From Octopus sinensis (lineage: Eukaryota): a stretch of DNA of 64,000 bases. The DNA lies in assembly GCF_006345805.1 (NCBI RefSeq), contig NC_043005.1:23746001-23810000 (forward strand), given 5' to 3'. This document shows positions 27,190 through 41,434 of this stretch, piece after piece; position 1 is the stretch's first letter; every line of letters begins with the position of its first letter. Under the pieces are notes generated by a model. It was not told the origin of the DNA, ran no database searches, and worked only from the letters and a program-made list of their open reading frames with translations. Both the position numbers and the translations under genes were made by a program.

Positions 27190-29280
27190 AATGATTTTGC
27201 AATGAACGCTACAACTACTTGTAGTACAGCCCTGTCACCACCACCACCACTAGCAAGAACAACATAGAGACTACTACTTACCACACGACACCACCGCCGC
27301 CACCTCATCCACTACCTCAACTACCAACAACAACAACAATAACAATGACAACAAAAATAAAAATTGCGCCACCATTTCGACATCTGCTGCCACGGCTGTC
27401 TCTTCTGCCACTGACACCACCACCAACAACAAAAACAACAATAACAACAACAACAATTCCGTTCAGACCTTGTCTCCTCCAACAACAAAAACTGAAGGGA
27501 ATAAACAAAAGACTGTGACCACCAAACAAATTGACAAAAGCTGCTCGAATACAGGGATAAAGCAAGTAATTTTCCACCCCTTCCTACTTGCACAATCAAA
27601 CCAAATACACCAATTTTACCAACTGCAGCCAACAACAACAACATCACCACCAGCAACAACAATAACAAAACAACAACAAATTTCGCCGAGGCGATTAAAG
27701 AAAAAAAGACAACAGTATATTTTACTGCACAACAAATAAAAGACACGAACATTCTAATAACGGAAGTAGATGGTATAGTAAAAATAAAACATACCAGAAG
27801 AAATATTAGAAGATGATGAAAAAAAAAGAACAATTATTTATAAAATAATTAATAAGAAAACAAAAAGTCCAGAGAAGGCTAACACAAGCAAAATAGAAAA
27901 ATGCTTGAAACCCATCTGGAACTACAAAGACTATGTGACCTGGTGAAACAAGTTCGCACACATACAAGTGGTTTTCCATACTGAAGAGTTAGCAAGACGT
28001 TTCTCAACGCTAACTCTTCATTCAGATGAACTGACATTAATACCAAGCTATCGCGGACAGAAAGTGACTAAGATCACTTTAAACAATGTCCCAAAAATAG
28101 CTAATAATCTATGGCTAGTAAAGGCCTTATGTGTGAAAATGAAAAATTTCACTATTTTAGAAACCACGGTCACGGAGCACAAAAACTGGGTGGGAAAAAA
28201 AGTAGAATTTCTACTACATATAAATCAAGAAGACATAAAGAAAATACCCACCCAGATATGTGTATCAGAAGACCACAAGTTGTATGTGGTCGTCGATGGC
28301 AGAAGACCACGTTGCTACATATGCGGCAGTGAGCAACACCTAAAAAAAGACTGCAAATCTGCCGCAAGAAAATAACAGCAACAACAACAGCAGCCGGAAA
28401 AAACAAATAAACCAGCTTTACTACACACACCACGTTTTGCACGAACAGGACTAATCACAGAAAACCAACAAAAAACAAACCTCACCAACCAAACAACCAC
28501 ACCAACTGCACCAAGAACAGAAGCAACATCACCACCAACAACAACAACCGAGAATAAACCAACTCCCAAACCAAGGACATCTGCCAAAAAGACACTCATC
28601 GAAAATGAAGAAACAATTACTACTCCAAATCCCCACAAAATTGACACCCCAAACAACACAAGAATACCTACAATCACTCAAACACAAAATACCCACACTC
28701 CACCTCCAAAACCGCATACACCACAACCAAACGCTCACCAACCAACACCAACAACAAAATCAACACAGTCTACAATAGACCCCAATATTTTCCCTCTTCC
28801 AAGCTCTGATTCTTCTGATTTGTCATTAGACGAAGAAGACACAGAAGATTGGCAAATAGCCACAGGAGGGAGAAGAAAAAGGGGAAAAAAGAAAAGAAAA
28901 GATACAAACAAAGCAGGAAGATACCCACTCCCGAAACAAAAACATCCACAGAAAACAAACACATCAACACAAATACACCATCATCAAACCCCCCAACAAT
29001 GTTGACAGCCTAAACACAAACAACCACGACCTAATGGAACACATTAGGTCAAACACCAACATAACTGAAAACGACATAAAAACAAGTAACCACCCACGCA
29101 CAACACCACCACAACACATTAAAAATATACACGTAACACAGAACACATACAGCACCCTGAAATCTCTTTACCCTGATGCAGTAGGGAGATTTCAAAAGTA
29201 TTCATCAAAAAAACTATACAAAACCTCACAGAAGAAGACCGTGAGGTGAAAAACAAAGGACTTTCGAACAACAAGTAACC
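27190..29280 (+). pseudogene. Tx1-like ORF1 (gag-like, CCHC zinc knuckle), frameshifted
   Basis: Thr/Asn-rich N-terminus, a globular segment at 27968-28375 ending CYICGSEQHLKKDC, and a Pro/Thr-rich linker. The C-terminal segment is shared with copy 1. Confidence 0.75.
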
Positions 29281-29344
29281 TTTTCTCTCTCTCTTTCCTT
29301 TTTTGCACTTTCTTTTCGTGTGTAAAACACAATTTTATCGGAAC

Positions 29345-32300
29345 ATGCTCAGAATAGGCAGTATAAATGTACGTGGCTTGGGGTCGCCTTGGAAACAAGG
29401 CTACCTGTTAAATGACATCAAGTCACTAAATCTGAATATCATAGCCATCAGTGAGACCAGACTCCACAGCTTGCGGGCACTCCAGCACAGTTTCGGTACA
29501 CATTTCAACATTTATTTTTCTTCGTGTCTACCGAGAATGGGCGGAGGTGGCACCGCGGTGCTTCTCCGGAAGAGTCTGGATCTCAAAGTAAGAGCAAATT
29601 TCCTAGACCCGGAGGGTAGGCTGGTCGTTTTGGATGTCGATGGCAGCTTTTCGACTGATAGCAGTTTATGCTCCGTCCTTAACAGGCCGACCAGATTTCT
29701 TTCGACGTCTAGAGTCTTTCATGGGAACGTCTCGTCCTTTACTTTTAGTGGGGGATTGGAATGCTACCCTGGACACGCATCTAGACTACGTGGGCAGAGA
29801 TAGCAATAGAAGGGGATGCAAATGCCTCAAAGACCTGCTCAGACGTTTCCAACTGTCTGACAGGTACCGACTGGACCACCCGAATGTGCCAATGTGGACA
29901 TGGAGTAACCGCATCGGGTCGTCCAGATCATACTTAGATAGAGTATTCTATAGGACAATAGATAAAAATAGTGTAGGTTGTCCACAATTTCATATAGTCA
30001 GTTATACAGATCACAAGTTTGTGACTTGTACACTTGACTTAGATAAGACACATAGGCAGGGTCCTGGTTACTGGAAACTGAACCTGTCTTTTACAGCACG
30101 ACAGGTTTACAGGGACCGGATCAGCACATTAGTTAAGAGAGCTTTGACGGGTACCATCATCAACAACAGATGGTGGTATGCCCTAAAAAAAGCAATTAAA
30201 ACAGAATCAGTCAGATACAGTAGAGCCCTAGCATTAGACCGAAATAGAATAGAGGGAGAATTAGTTAAGGTTTTAGAAGAGGCACTAAGAACTGGCATCG
30301 CGTCCAACGTGCTGGCGGCGAGATTGGCCCTCGACCAACACCTCAACGCCAAACACGAGGGATGCGTTGTCAGAGCTAGGATGCGTGCTCTGAGGAACGA
30401 AGGAGTTGGAGCCGCCCAAGAGGCCCGAGTGGTGGAGACGCAACGAGGCAACAGAGCCATCATCAAGTCTCTTATAGATGAACAGGGGCGCGAATTGCTC
30501 GAGCCTAAAAGGATGTGTTGGGCTTTTCAACAACACTTCACCCAACTGTTTGGGACAAGTGGTGGGTCAGAACGCAGAGTGGACTTTAGTGCCTACCTGC
30601 ATGCCTTGCCACGACTCTCAGCAAGAGAGGTGGAGTCTTGTGAAAGGCCTATCACAGCTGCGGACGTACAGGATGCGATGGTAGGCTGCGCGAGAGACAA
30701 GTCACCAGGTTTGGATGGTCTGCCCTACGAACTTTATTTTCATATGCCAGACTTGTTTGGAGGCGTCTTGGCAGCTGTCTACTGCAACTGCAGCAAAACG
30801 GGAGTATTCCTGCTTTTGTAAAGCGAGGGGCAGTGGCACTGATTAAAAAAGACCCAAACAAGGGGGACGTCATAGATAATTTCAGGCCCATCACTCTGCT
30901 CAACGCAGATTTGAAAATTTTGGCCAAGGTGTTAGCCGAGAGGTTGGCGCTTGTCATCAAGAAACTAATCGACAAGGCGCAAACATGCGCCGTGCCGGGT
31001 AGAAGTATTCATGACAACCTCCATCTGATGCGCTACATCATAGACAGGGTAGTTAAGAATCCTGGCATGGGTGGGGCGCTGATCAATTTGGATCAATCAA
31101 AAGCCTTCGATAGGGTAGACCATCACTACTTGGAGGCTGTCCTTAAAGCGGCTGGTTTCGGTCCAGTTTTCCGCGGTTGGATCGCTGCCTTATACAGCGG
31201 CATCCGCTCAGTAGTTCGCGTAAATGGTCATCTATCCAGACCTTTTAACATCATGCGTTCGGTTCGTCAGGGATGCCTCCTCTCATCGCTGCTGTATGTA
31301 TTGACTCTTGAGCCACTACTGCGGAAACTGGCGACGCTGAGGTTCGGTCCGGTACGGTCTGGTTCGGTCCGGACCTCCAAATGGAGAAGAACTGGGGCGA
31401 GATAACGACTAGGGTGGCTACTCTCAGCCAGAAATGGGCTGAGAGAAAGCTATCCCTAAAAGGTCGGGCGGAGGTGGCGAACGCGTACATCGCATCCGTC
31501 ATCGAGTATCGTCTGACCGTCGTGCCTTGTCCCGACCCTACCATCACCAAACTGGAACGTATACTCTTCCGCTTCTTGTGGAAGGGAAACGTTCCGATGG
31601 TTAGGCGATCCATTTGCTGTCAACACCCGCTAAATGTAGGGCTGGGCATGCCGTGGTTGATGATGCGCAGACATGCGCTGAGACTGCGACATCTCCGGCG
31701 CTTCCTTTTGTGCGGCGCGCTTTCCCGCAGCTCGTCTCCTTGGACGAACTACAGTCATGGATCAAGCAGAGACCGAGGCTAGGCGAATGGCACCGCGAGT
31801 GTCGCGTTGCTCTCAAGCAACTCTGCCGTCCGGGATCGAACTTGTGCGACTCCATCACAACAAAGGCATTCTATAGAGGATTAGTGGAGGGGAGGTGCGA
31901 CGACGAACTCGGGCAGAGTCTGGGCGTCGACGAGGAACACCTGACCCGCCTGTTCAGGACAACTTTCGGGCCGGGACCTATGAACAATCACCAAAGATCC
32001 CTGGCCTGGCAGTGCTATCGAGAAGCATTACCTGTTCGGGATAAGCTCTACAGACACGGTTCCAGACACACTGGACCGACTTGCCCGAGATGCGGTCAGA
32101 GCGACGAAACCGTTCTGCACGCACTCGTGCAATGTCCAACCATTTCAGACCTGTGGGCTTATGCCGAACGGCTGCTGTCACGTGTGGGACGAATCCGCCT
32201 ATCGGCTGAGTCTATCGTGAGAATTGCTCCGCCCCCTTCCCTCAACCGGGAAGGCAAGGCAGTTTTCATCGTACTGGTGGCCATGGTGAAAGAATGTGTG

Positions 32301-32501
32301 TGGTGGACCCGAGCGAAAGGATTAGAGACAAACACTTACCTCTCTGGCCAATCGCTCATCAACTTTTTCAAGTACCACTTGAAAAGGAAGGTGAGAATGG
32401 AGAGGGAAGTTTTGTCTCGCGAAAGATTCAAAAAAAGATGGGTGAATGTTGCAAAGATGGTGCGTGCTAGTGACGAAACCATTTTGAGCATGATCCTGTA
32501 G
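29345..32501 (+). pseudogene. Tx1-like ORF2 (APE-RT-CCHC), frameshifted
   Basis: MLRIGSINVRGL, ISETR, GDWN, YLDR, TDH, NFRPITL, LDQSKAFDRV and CPRCGQSDETVLHALVQC across ORF pieces 29303-29803, 29634-30821, 30833-31405, 31381-31782 and 31614-32501. Confidence 0.88.
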
Positions 32502-32820
32502 ATCGTAAAAAAAGAAAAAAGAGAGCATTTTGATCTCATGTGGTTATTTCCTCCCTGACTGAGGTTCCCGTGGTCTTTTCTGTAGGCTTTTCTTCCCATA
32601 GATGAACCCAATCTTGTTTTATCAATGTTTTTATCATTATTTCTGTGATACACGATTTCTTTTCTTTTTTTTCCTCCTCCCGATCCCTTTTGATCGCAAT
32701 CTTACATTTATTTTCTTTTTTTTCCACCCTCGAAAAGAAAAGCTCTGCATTTGTATTTGTCCCCTCTGTATTCAGCCCTGTGTGGCTAATAAAAGAAAGT
32801 TATCTATCTGTATCTCTCTG

Positions 32821-34082
<1,262 letters not shown>

Positions 34083-35593
34083 GCGGCTCAGTAGTGGGAC
34101 GCTGGAGGGACGGACCGATTAAATTGTTCGGGATCTGGTTCAGTCCGGACCTCCAAATGGATAAGAACTGGGACGAGATCACGAGTAGAGTGGTCGCTCT
34201 CAGTCAAACATGGGCCGAGAGAAAGCTGTCTCTAAAAGGTCGGGCGGAGGTGGCGAACGCGTACATCACATACGCCATCGATTACCGCCTGACCATCGTG
34301 CCTTGTCCCGACGCCACCATCACCAAACTGGAACGCATACTCTTCCGCTTCCTGTGGAAGGGTGGCGTTCCGATGGTGAGGAAGTCCATTTGCTGTGAAC
34401 ATCCGTTGAATGGAGGACTGGGCATGCCGTGGTTGATGATGCGCAGGCATGCGCTGAGACTGCGACATCTCTGGAACTTCATCGATGACGGTGAACAGGT
34501 GTGGGCCCGTTTGTGAGGCGCACCTTCCTGCAGCTCGTCTCACTGACCGAACTGCAAATGTGGATCAAGAAGAGACCGAAACTGGGCGATTGGCACCGAG
34601 AGTGTCGCCAAGCTCTACAGCAGCTCTGCCGACCGGGGTCAAACTTGTGCAACTTACAAACGACTAAAACGTTCTATAGAGGACTAGTGGAGGGGAGGTC
34701 CGACGACACATTCGGGGCAAACCTGGGCGTCGACGAGAAGTTCCTAACCCGCCTGTTCAGGACGACGTTCGGGAAGGGGCCTATGGATAACTTCCAGAAA
34801 TCCCTGGCTTGGCAATACTATCGAGACGCACTACCTGTTCGAGAGAAGAGCTACAGACACGGTTCGAAAATCATCACCGGACCGACCTGCCCGAGATGCG
34901 GTCAGAGCGACGAAACCGTTCTGCACGCACTCGTGCAGTGTCCAGATATTTCAGAGCTGTGGACCTTCGTCGAACAGCTGTTGTCGCGTGTAGGACGGGC
35001 CCGCTTATCGGCTGAGTCTATCGTGAATATTGTTCCACCATCTTCCTTTAAACGGGAAGGGAAAACGTTTTTCGTTACGCTGATGGCTATGGCAAAAGAA
35101 TGTGTGTGGTGGACGCGTTTGAAAGGACTGCAAACAAACACCTTCCTCTCTGGTCAGTCTCTCGTCAACTTTTTCAAGTATCACTTGAAAAGGAGGATGA
35201 GAATAGAGAGGAAGGCTTTGCCGAACGAATGTTTTAATAAAAAGTGGGTAAAAGTGGCGAAAATGAAAGACGACACTATTTTAAGCGTAAATTTGTAACC
35301 AAAAGAGACAACGAGAGGTAAGGCGACTTACTCATGTGTTCATTTTCGAACTGTCTGAGGTGACTTTGGTCTTTTTTGTAGGTTTTTCTTTCCAGGGCTA
35401 CACCTAAACTGTGAACTTTATATATATATATATATATTGCTTATTTATACACCACACAACCCACAGATCCCTATTGATCGAACGTTTTTTTTTCTTTGTG
35501 TGTTCACCCATCCCACCTCGAAAAGAAAAACTCTACATTGTATTTCGTCCATTTTTATTCTGTGTTTAGCCCTGTGTGGCCACAATAAAAAGT
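34083..35593 (+). mobile_element. Tx1-like LINE copy 7, 5'-truncated after RT
   Basis: ORFs 33911-34516 and 34501-35298 cover the ORF2 C-terminal region. The 3' UTR is closest to copy 1 and ends AATAAAAAGT|TATCT. Confidence 0.88.
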
Positions 35594-36086
35594 TATCTAC
35601 CTATTTATCTATACATCTGTGTGCGTGTGTAAATGTGTGCGTGTGTGCGTATGTGTGTGTGTGTGTGTATGTGTGTGTGTATGCATGTGTTCATGTGTGT
35701 GTATTTGTCTTCGTATATGTTCATTTCCACGACTTGAAAACCGGGTTCGTTATAATATCCGAACGCTTAAAATGTTTTCTTTTTCTCTTTGATACAATCG
35801 AAACATTCGCGCCAGAGGTTTCCAATTCCATTATAACGTTGTGTAGAATAGATCTTGTAACGTGTACAGAAGCTGGCTGTTTCTAAATCGCTGCGTTCCT
35901 CACGTGTGGCACCAATGACTGCACGTCTTTTCATTTATCTGCAATGTGGAATTTGAAAACAAAAATAAAATAAAGAAAGAAAAGCTTTTTAATTGGTTTG
36001 AAGAGAGTAATACACTGATGCTTAAGTGTTCTCAAATGCACCTGAGACTATGTATGTATGTACTTTTGGTCTGAAGAATAGCCTGC

Positions 36087-36240
36087 GATGTGTGGTGAGT
36101 AGCTTGCTTACCAGCCACATGGTTCTGGGTTCAGTCCTACTGCGTGGCACCTTGGGCAAGTGTCTTCTACTATAGCCTCGGGCCACCAAAGCCTTGTGAG
36201 TGGATTTGGTAGACGGAAACTGAAAGAATCCCGTCGTATA
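36087..36240 (+). mobile_element. SINE family Y head and core
   Basis: B-box GGTTCAGTCC and core CTTGGGCAAGTGTCTTCTACTATAGCC. Confidence 0.82.
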
Positions 36241-36318
36241 AATATATATATATATATATTATATATATATGTATATACATACATACATACATACATACAT
36301 ACATACATACATACATAA

Positions 36319-36674
<356 letters not shown>

Positions 36675-36776
36675 TTATAAAAGACACTTTTTTACATTGC
36701 ATTAGAAAAGCGTAAAATAGTAAATGTCCTGATAACCTGGAATAATTGTTATTGCCTAAGATTTTATATATATATA

Positions 36777-36955
36777 TATATCTATATTGTATAGAGGGCA
36801 TTATTACACATAAATGCCTCACACTAAGAGGGACAAAGTCATTACTACCAAAATTATACTAGTATAATTTTAGTATAATTTTGGTAGTAATGACTTTGTC
36901 CCTCTTAGTGTGAGGCATTTATGTGTAATAATGCCCTCTATACAATATAGATATA
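36777..36955. repeat. Perfect 84-bp-arm palindrome with an 11-bp duplication at the apex
   Basis: 36777-36860 is the exact reverse complement of 36872-36955. AGTATAATTTT occurs twice, at 36861 and 36872. Confidence 0.92.
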
Positions 36956-37549
36956 ATTAATTTGTTCAAAAGAAAAAAATTATTTTCGAATTCTTTTCTT
37001 TTATGAGGTTTTCACGCTAACTACCCGATAATTTCTTGTTAAGATCCCTTATTAAGAGGTTATCCTTAATTGTTAAACTTATATATATATATATATAAGG
37101 ATCAATTAATCAATCACTCATTCAATCAATCAATAAAATAATAATGAAGTAGAAATAAATGAAGGGAATTGCAATACTGGCAGGGAAAGATGGGACTTTG
37201 CCAGAACGGTTGAGATTAGGAAACCACTTAACATCAGCAATAGGAGTGAATGTTCAGAAAAAAAAAAATATGCGTCTCGAGGGAGGATGTGATGAAACTC
37301 CCACAAGAGTTGATAGCAGAAAAGAAGATTCACAACGTTTAAAGATTTCTTCCTTGTATTATCCAACTCGGATGTTGAGACTTTCTCTATATTCTCCGAC
37401 GTAGAAGATGTCAGGCTTAGATTAGGGAAAGAAGCGATGAGGTATAAAAACTTGATTCGGTGTGTGTTGAAATATATCCACTCAAATGGCATCTGTTGCG
37501 GGTCAAAAGTCACTTATGTCAAAGCCACAGACGTCCAACATGATATCGA

Positions 37550-37596
37550 CACTACTACTACTACTACTACTACTACCACTGCTGGTGCTGCTGCTG

Positions 37597-37627
<31 letters not shown>

Positions 37628-37645
37628 TGCTGGTGCTGCTGCTGA

Positions 37646-37734
<89 letters not shown>

Positions 37735-37752
37735 TTACTACTATTGCTGCTG

Positions 37753-37798
<46 letters not shown>

Positions 37799-37800
37799 AA
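37550..37800. repeat. (ACT)n/(GCT)n compound trinucleotide repeat
   Basis: Direct reading. Confidence 0.93.
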
Positions 37801-38220
37801 GAAAACGGTCAACAATAATGCAGTAATCTTCAATCTTAGCATTTCAGTAAAATTCGCCGAAAATGATTTCCCAAAAAGATTAATCAACGCCTTGAATATT
37901 TTATTGATCATTCTTAAAGTAAAATTAAATTTGCCAAAAATCGATTAACTTTTTGTTTAGTTGAGAAATCGAAATCTTTTCTCCTCTACATTCACCACCC
38001 ACCGTCTTCTCCCAAATCTCTCAAACAGTCTCCGTCTCTCTCTCTCGACAGACAAAAAAAAAAAAAAAAATGCATGGTGTAAAAAAATAAAACTCATGAA
38101 ATTTCCTTCTCGTTGATTGTTCCACTTTACTCAGGAGAAGAGGAAATAATGGCATAAATTTTTATAGTCTAAAATGACTTCTGAATAAGCTCTCAGAACC
38201 CGTAAAAATATGACAGTTGT

Positions 38221-38352
38221 TGCTACCACCACCACCACCACAACCACCACCACCACAACCACCACCACCGCCCCCACGGTCGCTACTACTACTACCACCA
38301 CCACCACCACCACCACCACACCACCACCACCACTACCACCACCACTACTACC

Positions 38353-38408
<56 letters not shown>

Positions 38409-38410
38409 TT
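38221..38410. repeat. (ACC)n/(ACT)n compound trinucleotide repeat
   Basis: Direct reading. Confidence 0.93.
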
Positions 38411-38424
38411 TCTTTTATTCTTTT

Positions 38425-38520
38425 ATCCTTTTATTTTGTTTCGGGCGTTTGACTGCGGCCATGCTGGAGCGCCGCCTTTAGTCGAGCAAATCGACCCCCC
38501 CTCCCAGGACTTACTTATGT
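38425..38520 (-). mobile_element. SINE family Y 3' fragment
   Basis: GACTGCGGCCATGCTGGAGC..GCCTTTAGTCGAGCAA is the reverse complement of ~51990-52035. Confidence 0.72.
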
Positions 38521-38742
38521 ACCAATGAACACTTATACATATATAAGCATAACTATAAATGTATACGCCTGCATGTATGCATACACATGTATGTATGTAT
38601 GTATATAGAAATATATAATGTATATTGACCCCAAATGGATGAAAGGTAAAGTTGGTCTCGATGGCATTTGAACTGAAAACGTATAGTCAGAAGAAACACT
38701 TCGAAGCATTTTCTTTAAACGTTAACGACCCTGCCGGCTCGA

Positions 38743-38836
<94 letters not shown>

Positions 38837-39691
38837 AGCGCTACCCGTTCGGGATAAGCTCTATAGGCATGGCTCGAGTAACACAGGGCCGACCTGCCCG
38901 AGATGCGGGCAGAGCGACGAAACCGCTCTGCACGCAATCGTGCAGTGTCCAACAATCTCCGACCTGTGGGCTTATGTCGAACGACTGCTGTCACGTGTGG
39001 GACGGGTCGGTTTATCAGCCGAGTCTATCGTTAATATCGTCACGCCTCCTTCCTTCAAACGGGAGGGAAGAGCTATTTTTATCATACTTGTGGCTATGGC
39101 GAAAGAATGTATCTGGTGGACGCGCCTGAAAGGATTAGAGACAAACACTTTCCTCTCTGGTCAATCTCTCATCAACTTCTTCAAGTATCACTTGAAGAGG
39201 AAAGTGAGAGTAGAGAGACAAGTTTTGTCTAGTGAATGTTTTAAAAAAAGATGGGTGAATGTAGCAATGATGACACGTATGAATGACGAAGCCACCTTGA
39301 CTATGATTCTATGAACCGTAAAAATTAATACAGAGAGTTGCTTATTTGCAAAAAAAAGAAAGAAATATAACAGGTGACTTCATTGACCGAGGTTACCGTG
39401 GTCTTTTCCGTAGGCTTTTCTTTCCACGGGTAAACCTCACCTGTCCTCCCCTTTACACTTCATATTGACATTTCTGTGATAACGATCCCTATTGATCAAT
39501 TTTTTTTCTTTCCCTTTTTTTCCTCACCTCCCCTTTTTTTTCATCCCCCTCTTTTTTTTGTCCTCTTTCTTTCCATTTACGATCCCTTTTGATCGAAAAC
39601 CAAACCGCCTTTTTTTTACCCCCAAAAGAAAAGCTCTACCTTGTAATTTTGTCCTGTCTGTGTGCAGCCCTATGTGGCTAATAAAGAAACA
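38837..39691 (+). mobile_element. Tx1-like LINE copy 8, 5'-truncated at the C-terminal zinc-finger region
   Basis: Follows the (TATC)n tract 38743-38836. ORF 38940-39314 is nearly identical to the C-terminus of copy 2. Ends AATAAAGAAACA|TATCT. Confidence 0.9.
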
Positions 39692-40071
39692 TATCTATAT
39701 AGAGTTTGAAACCAACCAATTTCTAAGCTTTGATTTTGGTCGCCATCTGGCGGAGCAGAGGAGTAGCGATGAAAATCTTTCCCAAGATGCTCAGACAGGA
39801 TACTAATATAAACTCTGATTCTGAAATCGAAGTATTGATGGGGGACAAGGAGGCAGAAAGTGAAGAATGTTATGGATTCGTCTGCAGACGACTGATGATG
39901 ATGATGGTATATATATATATATATATATCTCCGAATGACTCGTCCTTGTTTTCTTTGTATCGTCTATCTGGATGTTTTGTTGTCCCTTTCTTGTATCACC
40001 TAACTGTCTGGATGTTTTGCGTTCTTGTCCAATTTTTATTATATATATATATATATATATATACATATCAC

Positions 40072-40383
40072 CGTCACCGTGATCACCGTGACCGACCAGG
40101 CTATCAGATGTTGCTACACATCGCTGGTCACAATGCGTTCGCATTGTTTTAGCCTTCGAATGACGCCACCCCGCTGGCCAAGCCAGCAGGCCAACAGAAG
40201 AAAGAGTGAGAAAAAGAGTGGTGAAAGAGTACAGCAGGGATCACCACCCCCTGCCGGAGCCTCGTGGAGCTTTTTTAAGTGTTTTCGCTCAATAAACACT
40301 CACAACGCCCGGTCTGGGAATCGAAACCACAATCCTACGACCGCGAGTCCGCTGCCCTAACCACTGGGCCATTGCGCCTCCAC
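40072..40383 (-). mobile_element. tRNA-derived SINE family Z
   Basis: The minus strand begins GTGGAGGCGCAATGGCCCAGTGGTTAGG (A-box-like) and has GGTTTCGATTCC (B-box-like), followed by a non-tRNA body. Confidence 0.75.
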
Positions 40384-40528
40384 ATATATATATATAGTTT
40401 AAAAAATCTCTCTTATCGGATGCAGCTGTGCATAGTTAACTCGCTAGAGGAGATCTCCTCTTAGGGTTAAAATATCGCAGCCAGAGTTCGTTCGAACGGA
40501 CAGCCATGTCAAAGTGGCTACGATATTA

Positions 40529-40608
<80 letters not shown>

Positions 40609-40752
40609 ATATATTAAATTAGAGATAAAACCACTATTAGGCAAATCAAACAATGAAAAACATAAGCCAATACATAAAATTAATTAATTTATATTATTTT
40701 AAATATGTATCAAAAATATTAAAAGTTTAATAAAAGATAAAGAGTAAAACAC

Positions 40753-40815
40753 TACGATCGTTTCATGGCTGTACAATTCGTAATAATTCGAGTTATGGTT
40801 ACAGTCAATCTTCAG
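40753..40815 (-). ncRNA. Hammerhead-like motif in an AT-rich remnant
   Basis: On the minus strand: CTGAAGA-T-TGACTGTA..TACAGCCA-T-GAAA-CGATCG-TA. Stem III is the palindrome ACGATCGT with a GTA triplet; stem I is 2 bp. Confidence 0.4.
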
Positions 40816-41374
40816 GTTAATTGAAATATCTAAAATATAATAAGAAATATTTAAACAATATTGTTAAGATATAAATAATATAATAATTTTACTTATAATA
40901 AACTCTATTATCAAACTAGAAACATAAAACTTAACAATTATGACTATATCAAAATCGACTATAATGTTAAATATCAATTTTAATTTATAAGGTAGGAAAT
41001 CCACCAATAATTTAATATCGGTATTAGTCTATATCTAATTACATAAATATTTAAAAATGACTAATATATATAAATTATCAATGAAAATATATAAATGTAT
41101 ATAAATATTAAGATCTAAAATAATCTCTATAAATAAATATATATGCACATATAATAAAAACCTAATAAATTAATTTTTCATATTTAAAGATGAAATAGCT
41201 AATTTCAAAATACAAATAAACAAACTTAAACGAACTTTCGGAAATCTTATGTAAAATACTTATAGAAATAATCAATTCGTAGTAATATAGTATCGAATAA
41301 ATACTATAAATACTATAAATATAATTATCAATGGGAATAACTAGCGAATATCAATTTAAAGAAATAACTAAGTT

Positions 41375-41434
41375 ATGCTATTAAATTAGACATGGCCTGG
41401 ACCAATCTTTAGTCGAAACATATCTAAGTTTATC
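41375..41434 (+). mobile_element. 3' terminal fragment of the CR1/L2-group LINE
   Basis: Matches ~3627-3686 (TTAGACATGGCCTGGACCAATCT..GTCGAAACATATCTAAGTTT). Confidence 0.8.

Larger units (their letters stand above)
26878..32800 (+). mobile_element. Tx1-like LINE copy 5, near full length (~5.9 kb) but non-autonomous
   Basis: Contains 5' UTR, ORF1, ORF2 and 3' UTR. TATC precedes the 5' end and TATCT follows the 3' end. The YADD region is deleted near 31338. Confidence 0.9.
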
